A stretch of DNA of 64,000 bases from Candidatus Calditenuaceae archaeon (GTDB lineage: Archaea > Thermoproteota > Nitrososphaeria_A > Caldarchaeales > Calditenuaceae). The stretch's first letter is position 1, and each line of letters opens with the position of its first letter. This document shows positions 27,234 to 35,898 of this stretch, piece by piece. The stretch lies in the NCBI GenBank assembly GCA_025058225.1, contig JANXEE010000025.1:11302-75301 (forward strand). Reading direction: 5' to 3'. The notes under the pieces were generated by a model. The model did not search any database, had not been told where the DNA came from, and saw only the letters and a program-made list of their open reading frames with translations. Position numbers and translations under genes: made by a program.

Positions 27234-28127
27234 TCAGGTCAAGAGTCCGATGTACCTGTAGACCCCGTCGGGCAAAACCGTCACGACAACCCCCTCTTTG
27301 AGCCCCCGCGCCACGGAGAGCGCAGCGTGAACGTTCGCTCCAGCTGAGGGTCCGATGAGCAGTCCGAACCTTCTGGCTAGGAAGCGCGCTGTGTTATAGG
27401 CGTCCTCCGTCTTCACGAAGACCCGCTCATCAGCAAACCCTTCGTCGTAGATCTTCGGGACGATCGCGTCGCTCATGTTCTTAAGACCCTCGATACCGTG
27501 GAGTGGTTCAGCGGGTTGAACCTCTATCAACCTCACCCTCCCGACGACCTCCCTCAACCTTCTCCCCGCACCCATCAGGGTTCCGGAGGTGCCGACGCCG
27601 GCGACGAAGTGCGTTACCTTACCGCGAGTCTGCTCTATGATCTCCGGCCCCGTGGTCTCGTAGTGGGCTCTCAAGTTAGATGGGTTGTCGTACTGGTTAG
27701 CGTAGTGATACTTCTTCGGGTCCGATTCGTAGATCTCCCTCGCTTTCCTGATGGCGCCGTCGATGCCCTCGAGTGGGTCGGTGACGATCACCTCCGAGCC
27801 CAGATACCTGAGCATCGAGAGCTTGTGCTGGCTGATGCTGCCCGGCACCACGAGGGTGACACCTATTCCCAGAGACGCGCCGACTAGGGCGAGGCCCAGC
27901 CCCATGTTTCCTGATGTGGCGTCGAGGACCCGTTTGTCGGGCGTCAACTCCCCGCTCCTCAAAGCGTCCATCACTATGTACAGGGCAGGCCTGTCCTTGA
28001 CCGATCCGCCCGGGTTCATGAACTCAGCCTTAGCCATCAGCCTCACACTTCCTCTGTCGCCCAACAGTGGTGTCAGGTCGATCAGCGGCGTCCTGCCGAT
28101 GGCGCTCAGCACACCTCCCAGCTCCAT
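27234..28127 (-). CDS. Cysteine synthase / PLP-dependent sulfhydrylase (CysK/CysM/CBS fold type II)
   Basis: 297 aa. Motifs: NPGGSVKDRPA (PLP lysine), TSGNMGLGLA, GVGTSGTLMG. Confidence 0.9.
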   Translation of the reverse strand: MELGGVLSAIGRTPLIDLTPLLGDRGSVRLMAKAEFMNPGGSVKDRPALYIVMDALRSGELTPDKRVLDATSGNMGLGLALVGASLGIGVTLVVPGSISQHKLSMLRYLGSEVIVTDPLEGIDGAIRKAREIYESDPKKYHYANQYDNPSNLRAHYETTGPEIIEQTRGKVTHFVAGVGTSGTLMGAGRRLREVVGRVRLIEVQPAEPLHGIEGLKNMSDAIVPKIYDEGFADERVFVKTEDAYNTARFLARRFGLLIGPSAGANVHAALSVARGLKEGVVVTVLPDGVYRYIGLLT

Positions 28128-28194
28128 CGCCGAACTGGTATTAACCCGTTATAATTTCAACGTAAGCAGCAGCACCAGGAACTATCATATCTGA

Positions 28195-29781
28195 ATGCAA
28201 ACCTCCATGGGCGTGGGGAACTGGGACGTGAGCAAAGGGTTAGCTTATCACGAGGAGACCAAACACAGCTACATCTCGGTCAGGCTTCCGGGAAGGGGGC
28301 TGGACTGGGAGAACAAGCCTTACCCCTTCAAAGTCTACCTCGACGCCCCTAAGGTTCAGCTCCCCAAGTCCTTCCCCTCACCGACCTGCAACCTCTTCGA
28401 GGCCCTGAGTGAACGGAGAACTCCGACCCCCAGAGGAATAGAGTTGAGCCTGATCGCGGAGCTTCTGTTTTACACCGCAGGCATCACTAGAATTAAGGAC
28501 TACGGATGGGAAAGGGTCTACTTCAGAGCTTCACCTGCAACCGGCAACCTCCACGAGACTGAGCTCTACTTGGTCGTGGGTACCGAGGGGGAGCTGGAGC
28601 CTGGCCTGTACCACTTCGACCCCTGCGAGTTCTCCCTGTCACTCCTCAGAAGAGGCGACTACCGGGATTACCTGGCTAGGGCAGCGCTCTCACACGACGT
28701 CCGGGAATCGGGGCTCTCCGTGATCTTAAGCTCCGTCGCATGGAGGAACGCGTGGAAGTACGGCCCTAGGTCTTACAGACATTGGTTCTGGGACGGTGGA
28801 GCCCTCTGCGCGAACCTTCTCGCGGTATCGATGGCGGAGGGTTTGAGTCCGAGGGTGCTGATGGGGTTCGTCGACTCGGAGGTTAACGCGCTGATCGGGT
28901 CGGAGGTTGCGAAGGAGGCGGCGTTGGCGATCGTCGTGCTGAGGGGAGTTCAGGCCTCTTCTCCGGGTTCTCATCCACCAGTTGAACCAATCAAATACAA
29001 AACAATGTCGTACTCGAGGCGTGAGGCCGAATATCCCGAGATAGTTGAGGCCTATCACACGTCCTGCCTCAGGACTCAGGAGGAGGTGGAGAGATGGAGA
29101 GGGGAGGTCGCAGGGATGCAATTCCCGAGTCAGCGATCAGCCTCATCACCGACGTCCCGACGACATTCACGCGCCCGACCGTTGGGAGAGACCATTCTGC
29201 TCCGTGGCTCGACGAGGAGGTTCTCGAGGACCCCCATCGGCGGAGACGTCTTGAGGGCGGTGACCGAGGTCCTGGTCCACCCGATCGATGCCGATTTCAT
29301 GCCGAGGGGAGGCGTGACGCTCCTGGAGCGCTTCCTGATCGTGAACGCGCTTGACGGGACGGCCCCCGGGTCATACTTGCACGAGCCCTCCGGAGGGCTT
29401 CTGAACCTCAGGCTCGGTGACTTCAGGAGGATCGCTGGTTACCTCTGCCTGGAGCAGGAGCTGGGGAGCGACGCGGCACTGGTGCTGTTCCTGATGACAA
29501 GGCTTGAGTCCGTGCTCCGAGCTCTGGGCAACAGGGGCTACAGGGCAGCCCAATTCGAGGCCGGGATAAGAGTTGGACTGGTTTACCTGGCCTCCTATTC
29601 GCTGGGGGTCGGTGCGACCGGACTCACCTTTTACGACGACGACGTTCGGGAGTTCTTCTCCCCCGCTTCAGAGGGGATGGAGAACATGATGACCGTGGCT
29701 GTAGGCAACCCCTCCTACAAATCGAAGCCAGGGAGGATCCACGTGAACGAATGCATCCACCCTCAGAGGGGGCGATCATGA
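28195..29781 (+). CDS. SagB/ThcOx-family dehydrogenase (two nitroreductase-like domains)
   Basis: 528 aa. N-terminal YHEETKHSY, ASPATGNLHETELYLVV and a second nitroreductase-like half (RAAQFEAGIRVGLVYLA). Confidence 0.75.
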   Translation: MQTSMGVGNWDVSKGLAYHEETKHSYISVRLPGRGLDWENKPYPFKVYLDAPKVQLPKSFPSPTCNLFEALSERRTPTPRGIELSLIAELLFYTAGITRIKDYGWERVYFRASPATGNLHETELYLVVGTEGELEPGLYHFDPCEFSLSLLRRGDYRDYLARAALSHDVRESGLSVILSSVAWRNAWKYGPRSYRHWFWDGGALCANLLAVSMAEGLSPRVLMGFVDSEVNALIGSEVAKEAALAIVVLRGVQASSPGSHPPVEPIKYKTMSYSRREAEYPEIVEAYHTSCLRTQEEVERWRGEVAGMQFPSQRSASSPTSRRHSRARPLGETILLRGSTRRFSRTPIGGDVLRAVTEVLVHPIDADFMPRGGVTLLERFLIVNALDGTAPGSYLHEPSGGLLNLRLGDFRRIAGYLCLEQELGSDAALVLFLMTRLESVLRALGNRGYRAAQFEAGIRVGLVYLASYSLGVGATGLTFYDDDVREFFSPASEGMENMMTVAVGNPSYKSKPGRIHVNECIHPQRGRS

Positions 29782-29824
29782 ACTGATTTACCAGACTTAT
29801 ATAGAATGTTGCATCAATAATGGT

Positions 29825-30397
29825 ATGGTGATGAATTCACGGGTGAGCGCAATCACACGACGCGAAGTCGTGACCATAGATGAAGGCGCGACGGTCGAGG
29901 ACGCCGCGAAACTCATGAGCAGCAAGGGAATAGGCGCCCTCGCGGTCACGAGGAAGGGGGTCATCACGGGGATCGTCACCGAGAGGGACATCCTCAGGAG
30001 ATTGGTTGCCGAGGGCAGAGACCCTAAGGAAACGACCGTGAAGGACATCATGACGTCACCGCCCATAACGGTTTCCCTGAACACGACGCTCAGGGAGGCC
30101 ATCGACCTGATGAACAGGAAGAGGATAAGGAGGCTGCTGGTGGAGGAGGCAGGGGAGATCGTGGGCATCTTCACACAGAGGGATATACTGGCGCTCACCA
30201 GGATCTGCCTTTACTGCACTAATGAAGTGTCTCTTCTCGCGCCATCGGGGGACGGTGAACCGCTCATCGTCTGCGGATGCGGTGCGATTTATCACAGGTC
30301 CTGCGCAGCGACGGTCGTTTACTGCCTCGACTGCTCTTCTCGGCTCGTGGAACCCGTCAGGGTCGCAGCTCCTGAGGACACACTGGCCGGCGACTGA
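29825..30397 (+). CDS. CBS-pair domain protein with C-terminal Cys-rich (zinc-ribbon-like) extension
   Basis: 190 aa. Two CBS repeats (GIGALAVTRKGVITGIVTERDILRR and IRRLLVEEAGEIVGIFTQRDIL), then CLYC...CGCG...YHRSC...CLDC. Confidence 0.8.
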   Translation: MVMNSRVSAITRREVVTIDEGATVEDAAKLMSSKGIGALAVTRKGVITGIVTERDILRRLVAEGRDPKETTVKDIMTSPPITVSLNTTLREAIDLMNRKRIRRLLVEEAGEIVGIFTQRDILALTRICLYCTNEVSLLAPSGDGEPLIVCGCGAIYHRSCAATVVYCLDCSSRLVEPVRVAAPEDTLAGD

Positions 30398-30466
30398 ACG
30401 GTCAGAGTACCGTGGTCAGGCTCGCACTTCACAACCGGATTACATAGAGGTTTTCAGGGGACTCGG

Positions 30467-32062
30467 TTGATATACGGGTGGGAGCACCTTGCAACGGGAG
30501 CGATGACGTCTCAGGTGAGGTTCGAGGAGATCAGCCCAGCCGACTTCTTCTACAGGAACAGGGACTTGGCTGGGTTCACCAACCCTGCGAGGTCTCTGTA
30601 CATGTGCATCAGGGAGCTGGTCGAGAACAGCCTCGACGCCACAGAGATCATCAGGGTTCCACCAAACGTATGGGTTCAGCTGGAGCCCACTGACGATCAG
30701 AACGAGAGAATCCTGAGACTGACGGTGAAGGACAACGGTGTCGGTGTCGAGGGTGACAAAATCCCCAAGGCCTTCGGGACGGTGCTCTACGGGAGCAAGT
30801 ACGGGTTCAAACAGTCTCGGGGCACGTTCGGTGTAGGAGGTACGATGGCCCTGCTTTACGGACAGATCACCACCAATCAGCCCTTCTCGATCACATCGAG
30901 CACCGGCGGCAAGGAGGTCCACGAGTACAGGATGATGATAGACATAGTGGAGAACAAACCGAAGGTCCTGGAGCACAGGGTCCACCCGAACGAGAAGAGG
31001 TGGAGGGGTACGATCGTGGACGTAACGCTCGAGGGCGACTACAGCGGCAGCAGGTCCAAGGTCCTAGATTACTTCACGATGACGGCCGTCGTCAACCCGA
31101 ACGCCAACATCGTCTTCGTCGACCCCAGGTACAGGCTCTACGTCTTCAGGAGGGTGATCGATGACGTTCCCGAGCCTCCGAAGGAGGGCAAACCCCATCC
31201 GCTGGGCGTCGACGTCGAGACGGTCAACAGGCTGCTGACCAACACGAGGTCTAGGGACCTGCGCTCTTTCTTGGTCACGGAGTTCCAGAGGATCGGTGCG
31301 AAGACCGCGACGGAGGTGCTGAGGTCTGCAGGGATCGACCTTGACAGGAAGGTGAGGGACGTGACGCACGAGGAGGTCACGAGACTCGTTGAGGCGTTCA
31401 GGACCTACGGGAAGTTCAGGGCCCCCGAGACCAGTACCATCAGCCCCGTGGGTGTCAAGTTCATCGACGCTGGAATACGGGCCATCTACAGGCCCGAGTT
31501 CCTACACGTCGTCCAGCGGCCTCCGTCGAGCTATTCGGGCATACCTTTCGTGGTGGAGGCGGCGATCGCATACGGCGGTGCGATAGAGCCTTCGGAGGAG
31601 ATCCACCTCCTCAGGTTCGCCAACAAAATACCCCTCCTCTACGACGAGAAGGCGGACGTCTCTTGGAAGGTGATATCTGAGCGGATCGACTGGAGCTCTT
31701 ACAAGGTCCAGAAGGGTTTGCCGGTCCTGGTGCTGACCAGCGTCTGCTCACCGAAGGTGCCCTACAAGACTGTCGGGAAGGAGGCGATATCTGACCGACC
31801 GGAGATCGAGAGGGAGCTGACGATCGCGATAAGGGAGTGCGCGAGGCACTTGAGGCTGTACCTCAGCAAGCTGGAGAAGCGGGAGGCAGCCAAGAGGAGG
31901 TTGAGCGTTTACGCCAGGTATCTGCCGATGATCGCGAAGAACTCCGCATACATCGCAGAAACGGATCCGCCAGACGTGATGCCGCTGCTCAGTTCGATCG
32001 GCGTCACATCGAGGATGGTTGAGGAGGAGACGAAGGCCCTCGCCGAAGAGCTCGCCTCCTGA
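30467..32062 (+). CDS. top6B: DNA topoisomerase VI subunit B
   Basis: 531 aa. GHKL ATPase motifs ELVENSLDA, DNGVGV and GTFGVGG, plus transducer-domain length. The likely start is the ATG at 30503. No top6A is adjacent. Confidence 0.95.
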   Translation: MIYGWEHLATGAMTSQVRFEEISPADFFYRNRDLAGFTNPARSLYMCIRELVENSLDATEIIRVPPNVWVQLEPTDDQNERILRLTVKDNGVGVEGDKIPKAFGTVLYGSKYGFKQSRGTFGVGGTMALLYGQITTNQPFSITSSTGGKEVHEYRMMIDIVENKPKVLEHRVHPNEKRWRGTIVDVTLEGDYSGSRSKVLDYFTMTAVVNPNANIVFVDPRYRLYVFRRVIDDVPEPPKEGKPHPLGVDVETVNRLLTNTRSRDLRSFLVTEFQRIGAKTATEVLRSAGIDLDRKVRDVTHEEVTRLVEAFRTYGKFRAPETSTISPVGVKFIDAGIRAIYRPEFLHVVQRPPSSYSGIPFVVEAAIAYGGAIEPSEEIHLLRFANKIPLLYDEKADVSWKVISERIDWSSYKVQKGLPVLVLTSVCSPKVPYKTVGKEAISDRPEIERELTIAIRECARHLRLYLSKLEKREAAKRRLSVYARYLPMIAKNSAYIAETDPPDVMPLLSSIGVTSRMVEEETKALAEELAS

Positions 32063-32633
32063 TCAGGACGATCGCCAAGTAGACCGCAACCCCGAACAGC
32101 GTTGCCCACCCTATCAGGTCCACGTAGTCCAAAATCGTGCTCACCATCGCCTCGCCGTAGAGGGAGAGGATGACGCTCACCGGTATGAACCGTGCAGAGC
32201 GCCCGACGGCGGCTGCTATGAGAAACCCCTTGACGTCCCTCATCCCTAACGCACCTGCACCGATCGTGAAGACCTTGAACGGGAGGGGCGTGAAGGCCGC
32301 CAGCCCGACCGCCAGCGCACCGTACCTGTTGAAGTACTGCTCAAGGGCCGAGATGTTCCGCTTCCCCGCGATCCTCAAGAGCAGCGGCCTCCCGAACCTC
32401 TTCCCCAAGTAGTAACCCGCTAGACCTCCAGCGACGGAGAAGACGACCGTTATCACGCCGTAGAGCAGGCCGTTCTCCGGGTCGAGGAGGACTAGGGGTA
32501 CCAGAAGCGCGTCCGGGGGCACAGGGAAGAATATGGACTCGATGAAGGAGAGGACAGCCAGCCCGAAGGGCCCCACGTGGAGGAGATGGTTCCTCGCGAA
32601 CTCGATCATCCCCTCCAGCAGCTCTCTGAGCAA
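32004..32633 (-). CDS. DedA / SNARE-associated (VTT domain) membrane protein
   Basis: 209 aa. Motifs: FIESIFFPVPPDALLVPLVL, GGLAGYYLGKRFGRPLL, FTPLPFKVFTIGAGAL. The 3-prime end overlaps top6B convergently by 59 nt. Confidence 0.8.
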   Translation of the reverse strand: MLRELLEGMIEFARNHLLHVGPFGLAVLSFIESIFFPVPPDALLVPLVLLDPENGLLYGVITVVFSVAGGLAGYYLGKRFGRPLLLRIAGKRNISALEQYFNRYGALAVGLAAFTPLPFKVFTIGAGALGMRDVKGFLIAAAVGRSARFIPVSVILSLYGEAMVSTILDYVDLIGWATLFGVAVYLAIVLIRRRALRRGPSSPPQPSSM

Positions 32634-32710
32634 CTCCCCGCTTCGATCGCCCTTGATGATTTAAAGGTCCCTTAACCAAAACCATTATACCGCCGAGATC
32701 GTGGACCCCC

Positions 32711-33508
32711 GTGGAGGTACTGCTGGTATACACGAAGTTGAAGGAGGCGAGCGCCGTTCTGGCCTCGAAACTAGAGAGCCTGATCGTGAAGGCTGGGCAC
32801 AGAGTGAACGTCAAGGACGTCGACTCCCTAGGTGACATGAAGTTCGATGTGGATCTGGGCCTGGCCATCGGCGGCGACGGCACCATCCTCAGGACCTTCT
32901 ATCACCTAGAGGACCCTGAGACCCCAGTCCTTCCGGTCGCGGTGGGGAGGGGCGGTTATCTTGCCGAGGTCGGCCCAGAGATGGCGCAGGTGGCGCTGGA
33001 GAGGGTGGTCGAGGGCTCCTTCTACACCGAGAGGCACATGAGGATCAGGGTCGAGGTCAACGGCGATCCCGTTGCAGACGTCGTCAACGACGCGTATGTC
33101 TCTGCCGCGGAGCCGGGCAAGGTCATAGAGTACTCGATCTCCCTCAACGGGTTGGTCTTCAACGGCATCGTGAGCGACGGTCTGGTGGTCTCCACCCCTG
33201 TCGGGTCGACGGCCTACAACTTCTCCTGCGGCGGGCCTGCTGTGGACGACACCATCGAGTGCTTCGTGATGGCCCCTGTGGCGCCCGTCACGTACTTCAG
33301 ACCGCTGGTCGTTTCGGGCCTCAAATCGGTCAGGCTTGACGTGCAGGGACCTAATGCGACGGTCCTCTGCGACGGATTCGTCAGGAGGGAGGTATCGAGC
33401 TCCGTGAGGTTCTTAAAATCACCTCATTACGCTGTCGTCGTCAGGATAGGAAGTGGGGCGCTCTTCGAGCGGAGGTTGAGAAAGAGATTGGGTTGGACGG
33501 TGAAGTGA
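32711..33508 (+). CDS. nadK: NAD kinase
   Basis: 265 aa, GTG start. Motifs: GGDGTILR, NDAYV, STPVGSTAYNFSCGGP. Confidence 0.9.
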   Translation: MEVLLVYTKLKEASAVLASKLESLIVKAGHRVNVKDVDSLGDMKFDVDLGLAIGGDGTILRTFYHLEDPETPVLPVAVGRGGYLAEVGPEMAQVALERVVEGSFYTERHMRIRVEVNGDPVADVVNDAYVSAAEPGKVIEYSISLNGLVFNGIVSDGLVVSTPVGSTAYNFSCGGPAVDDTIECFVMAPVAPVTYFRPLVVSGLKSVRLDVQGPNATVLCDGFVRREVSSSVRFLKSPHYAVVVRIGSGALFERRLRKRLGWTVK

Positions 33509-33912
33509 GGAAGGGCAGGTTCGTTGTTTTGGACGCGACCCCCCTGATCGTCAGCCCTTCGGTACCTACAGGAGATGCGACCGCCGTCACGACGCCCTCA
33601 GTGGTCTCGGAACTCCTCAGGACCACGTCCGAAATTCAGGAGGCCCGAATCAGGGCATCGCTGGAAACCGGCTCCCTTAACGTCATGACGCCCTCAAGAA
33701 GCCACGTGACCAGGGTCCGGCAGGCGATGAGCAGGAGGGAGAGGTCTGGTGCGTCCGTCGCAGACGTCGAAGTCCTCGCGATGGCCCTGCAGCTCGCAGA
33801 AGAGGGGAACGAAGTCTTACTTCTCTCCGACGACTCGGTCGTTCAGAAAGTCGCGACCAAATTGGGGATACGTTGCAAGGGCGTGAAGTACCCCGAGAGG
33901 CAGGAGACTTGA
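33493..33912 (+). CDS. PIN-domain protein, Nob1-like endonuclease core without zinc ribbon
   Basis: 139 aa. Motifs: FVVLDATPLI, VADVEVLAMALQLAEEGNEVLLLSDDSVVQKVATKLGI (Nob1 PIN pattern). Confidence 0.6.
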   Translation: MDGEVRKGRFVVLDATPLIVSPSVPTGDATAVTTPSVVSELLRTTSEIQEARIRASLETGSLNVMTPSRSHVTRVRQAMSRRERSGASVADVEVLAMALQLAEEGNEVLLLSDDSVVQKVATKLGIRCKGVKYPERQET

Positions 33913-34796
33913 AGAGATTCAGGGTTGCGGTGGTGGGGCATTTGGTCTTAGACGAGGTCGTCGTCAAGGCCGGGCCCTACTCCTCGATAGGGGGCGTTCC
34001 GACCTACGCCGGGCTTTCCATAGCGGCCCTAGGACACGAACCGCACGCGGTCACCGTTGTTGGCGCTGACGGTGTTGCGGCCCTGAACGGGCTTAGGGAT
34101 CTCGGCGTCTATGTCGATAGGGCCTTGACGGTCGGCACACGGACCACGAGGTTCAGGATCGTTTACTCTGACGACCACAGGGAGATGTGGCTCCTTAGCA
34201 GGGCTGCGGACGTGCCAGTTGAGCTGCTGGGGGGCGAGTTCGACGCCGTCTACCTGGGGCCTGTCGCTGGGGAGGTTGGTCCAGACCTCCTCGAGAGGGC
34301 GAAGGGTTTCACATGGACGTTGCTCGACCCCCAGGGTCTGATGCGGCGATTCGGTGAAGGGGGCAAGCTGGAGTCACTGGTGTCGGTCGAGCTCGGTGCG
34401 CTGAGGGGCATCAGGGTGATCAAGCTCTCATGGGAGGAAGCGAGAGCCCTCGGATACGATCACCCGGTCGGTGCGGCGTCCGAGATGAGCAGGATAACCG
34501 GGTCCACAGTCGCGGTTACCATGGGGAGGGCGGGCGTCGTCGTCTCCGACGGCACGAGCTCTGTCAAGGGTAGGATCGACTTGGAACCGATAGACGCCAC
34601 CGGCGCGGGGGACGTCTTCGGCGGGGCCCTGCTGGTGGGACTCATGGAGACCGGGGACCTTCTGGAGGCGACGGCCCTCGGTCTCTCGGCATCGGCCGAG
34701 AGGGTGAAGGGGATGGGGCCCAGGAGGCTCGACGGCGACGCGATCAGGAGGAGGGCCCGCGAGCTCATCAGGAACCTTGAGGTGGGGAGGTCCTAA
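33873..34796 (+). CDS. PfkB-family (ribokinase-like) carbohydrate/nucleoside kinase
   Basis: 307 aa. The C-terminal DATGAGDVFGGALLVGL is the PfkB signature. The start may be the downstream TTG near 33909 (LKRFRVAVVGH). Confidence 0.8.
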   Translation: MQGREVPREAGDLKRFRVAVVGHLVLDEVVVKAGPYSSIGGVPTYAGLSIAALGHEPHAVTVVGADGVAALNGLRDLGVYVDRALTVGTRTTRFRIVYSDDHREMWLLSRAADVPVELLGGEFDAVYLGPVAGEVGPDLLERAKGFTWTLLDPQGLMRRFGEGGKLESLVSVELGALRGIRVIKLSWEEARALGYDHPVGAASEMSRITGSTVAVTMGRAGVVVSDGTSSVKGRIDLEPIDATGAGDVFGGALLVGLMETGDLLEATALGLSASAERVKGMGPRRLDGDAIRRRARELIRNLEVGRS

Positions 34797-34813
34797 GGGC
34801 GAAGTGCCAAGTG

Positions 34814-35419
34814 TTACAGGCCGAGTTTTGCCGCCAAACTCCTCGCCGACTCCAACAGCTCCGGTGAGTCGACGTCCATCATCTCCAGTGGGTCTACCTC
34901 GACGGCGACTGCCGACCCGATGTAACGCTCAACGACCCTTCTCGCTCCCTGGTCGCCTTCGAGGGCCAACAGGTCTCCGAAGAACCTAGAGTCGAAGGCC
35001 GCTGGGCTGCGAACCTCTCCCCCGACGGTGCAGTAGGCGATGCCCTTTCCGCAGGCCCTGACCAGCCTGTTCAGAGTTTCGGCCCTGAGGAAGGGCATGT
35101 CCCCAGGACAGATAACCACACCGTCAGCTCTGGCCATCACGGCCTCAACCCCCTTCCTTATGCTCGATGACATCCCAGATGCCCAATTGGGGTTGAGAAC
35201 CACCTCCACGCCCTCCGGGAGGACGCCCCGGACACGTTCAGCCATCCAACCGAGCACGACCACCACGGGCCTGCACTCAGATCCCATAGCTGCGTCAACG
35301 ACCCTCCTCAACACCTCCCTTCCACCTACCTTCGCGACAAGCTTGAACTCTCCCTGCATCCTTCTCGAGGCACCCGCGCCCAGCACAACAGCAGCAAACC
35401 TCATTCCATTTTCACCCAA
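34814..35419 (-). CDS. MobA/MocA-like molybdenum-cofactor nucleotidyltransferase
   Basis: 201 aa. AAVVLGAGASRRMQGEFKL is the MobA-like NTP-transferase N-terminus. VICPGDMPFL is also present. Confidence 0.75.
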   Translation of the reverse strand: MGENGMRFAAVVLGAGASRRMQGEFKLVAKVGGREVLRRVVDAAMGSECRPVVVVLGWMAERVRGVLPEGVEVVLNPNWASGMSSSIRKGVEAVMARADGVVICPGDMPFLRAETLNRLVRACGKGIAYCTVGGEVRSPAAFDSRFFGDLLALEGDQGARRVVERYIGSAVAVEVDPLEMMDVDSPELLESARSLAAKLGL

Positions 35420-35430
35420 CTCAACGTAAC

Positions 35431-35439
35431 ATATTTATA
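35431..35439 (+). promoter_or_regulatory. TATA-like box ATATTTATA upstream of the Lys-rich micro-ORF
   Basis: Centred about 39 nt upstream of ATG 35474. GTGATGG (SD-like) sits 5 nt before the ATG. Confidence 0.35.
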
Positions 35440-35473
35440 CCGTCTTATTACAATAATTGTCGAGTGATGGAAG

Positions 35474-35605
35474 ATGCCTGCTAAGAAGGTGAAGAAGAAG
35501 GCTGCGAAGAAGAAGGCTGCGAAGAAGGCCCCGGCTAAGAAGAAGCCAGTGGCCAAACCACCGGAGAAGCCTCCGGTACAGGGTGCACCGCCAGCGGGGA
35601 CGTGA
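35474..35605 (+). CDS. Small (43 aa) Lys/Ala/Pro-rich basic protein, histone-H1-tail-like composition
   Basis: Too short for the ORF track. Translation: MPAKKVKKKAAKKKAAKKAPAKKKPVAKPPEKPPVQGAPPAGT. It uses AAG Lys codons, like the neighbouring genes. It has an upstream TATA and SD-like sequence and a downstream hairpin plus T6. Confidence 0.4.
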   Translation: MPAKKVKKKAAKKKAAKKAPAKKKPVAKPPEKPPVQGAPPAGT

Positions 35606-35642
35606 GCCCGCTGCGGGCTTAACACCAATGGACGCATTTTTT
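35605..35642 (+). terminator. Hairpin AGCCCG-CTG-CGGGCT followed by a T6 run
   Basis: 6-bp stem with a 3-nt loop at 35605-35619, overlapping the micro-ORF stop. T6 at 35637-35642. Confidence 0.35.
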
Positions 35643-35643
35643 A

Positions 35644-35892
35644 TTACGTCGACTCGCTCCGTTTAGCTCTCGCCCTGATAGCCTCTATCAGCTCCTCTCT
35701 GGTCTTGCCATCGGTGGGTATGCCAAGACGCTCGGCGATCTTAAAGACCTCGTCCTCCGACTCCCCCCGGGACACCTCGGCCCGCAGCCTGCCTAGGGTT
35801 TTACCCCACCTCACGAGGACCTCGGGTTTCAGGAGGACCCAGATGAACAGGATTACCGCGACGAGGATGAGGGCCTCCGTAACCGATATCAA
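35644..35892 (-). CDS. TatA-like small membrane protein (divergent paralog) with HeH-like C-terminal tail
   Basis: 82 aa. N-terminal TM (ALILVAVILFIWVLL), then an amphipathic KPEVLVRWGKTLGRLRAEV. C-terminal FKIAERLGIPTDGKTREELIEAI. Confidence 0.55.
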   Translation of the reverse strand: MISVTEALILVAVILFIWVLLKPEVLVRWGKTLGRLRAEVSRGESEDEVFKIAERLGIPTDGKTREELIEAIRARAKRSEST

Positions 35893-35898
35893 AGCGGT

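Noticed and set aside
28195-29781. A thiazole/oxazole RiPP (TOMM) biosynthetic cluster around the SagB-like gene
   Set aside because: No YcaO/cyclodehydratase, docking protein, protease, transporter pair or Cys/Ser/Thr-rich precursor ORF lies within several kb on either side.
33493-33912. PIN-domain gene as a VapC toxin of a toxin-antitoxin pair
   Set aside because: No small antitoxin ORF precedes it; it overlaps nadK instead. The sequence pattern (LLLSDDSVVQKVATKLGI) matches Nob1-type ribosome-maturation PIN domains rather than VapC.
35401-35637. A 78-aa minus-strand ORF (…FFAAFFFAAFFFTFLAG…)
   Set aside because: It is the antisense mirror of the AAG/GCT-repeat micro-ORF. It overlaps the start of the MobA-like gene, and there is no promoter on its side.
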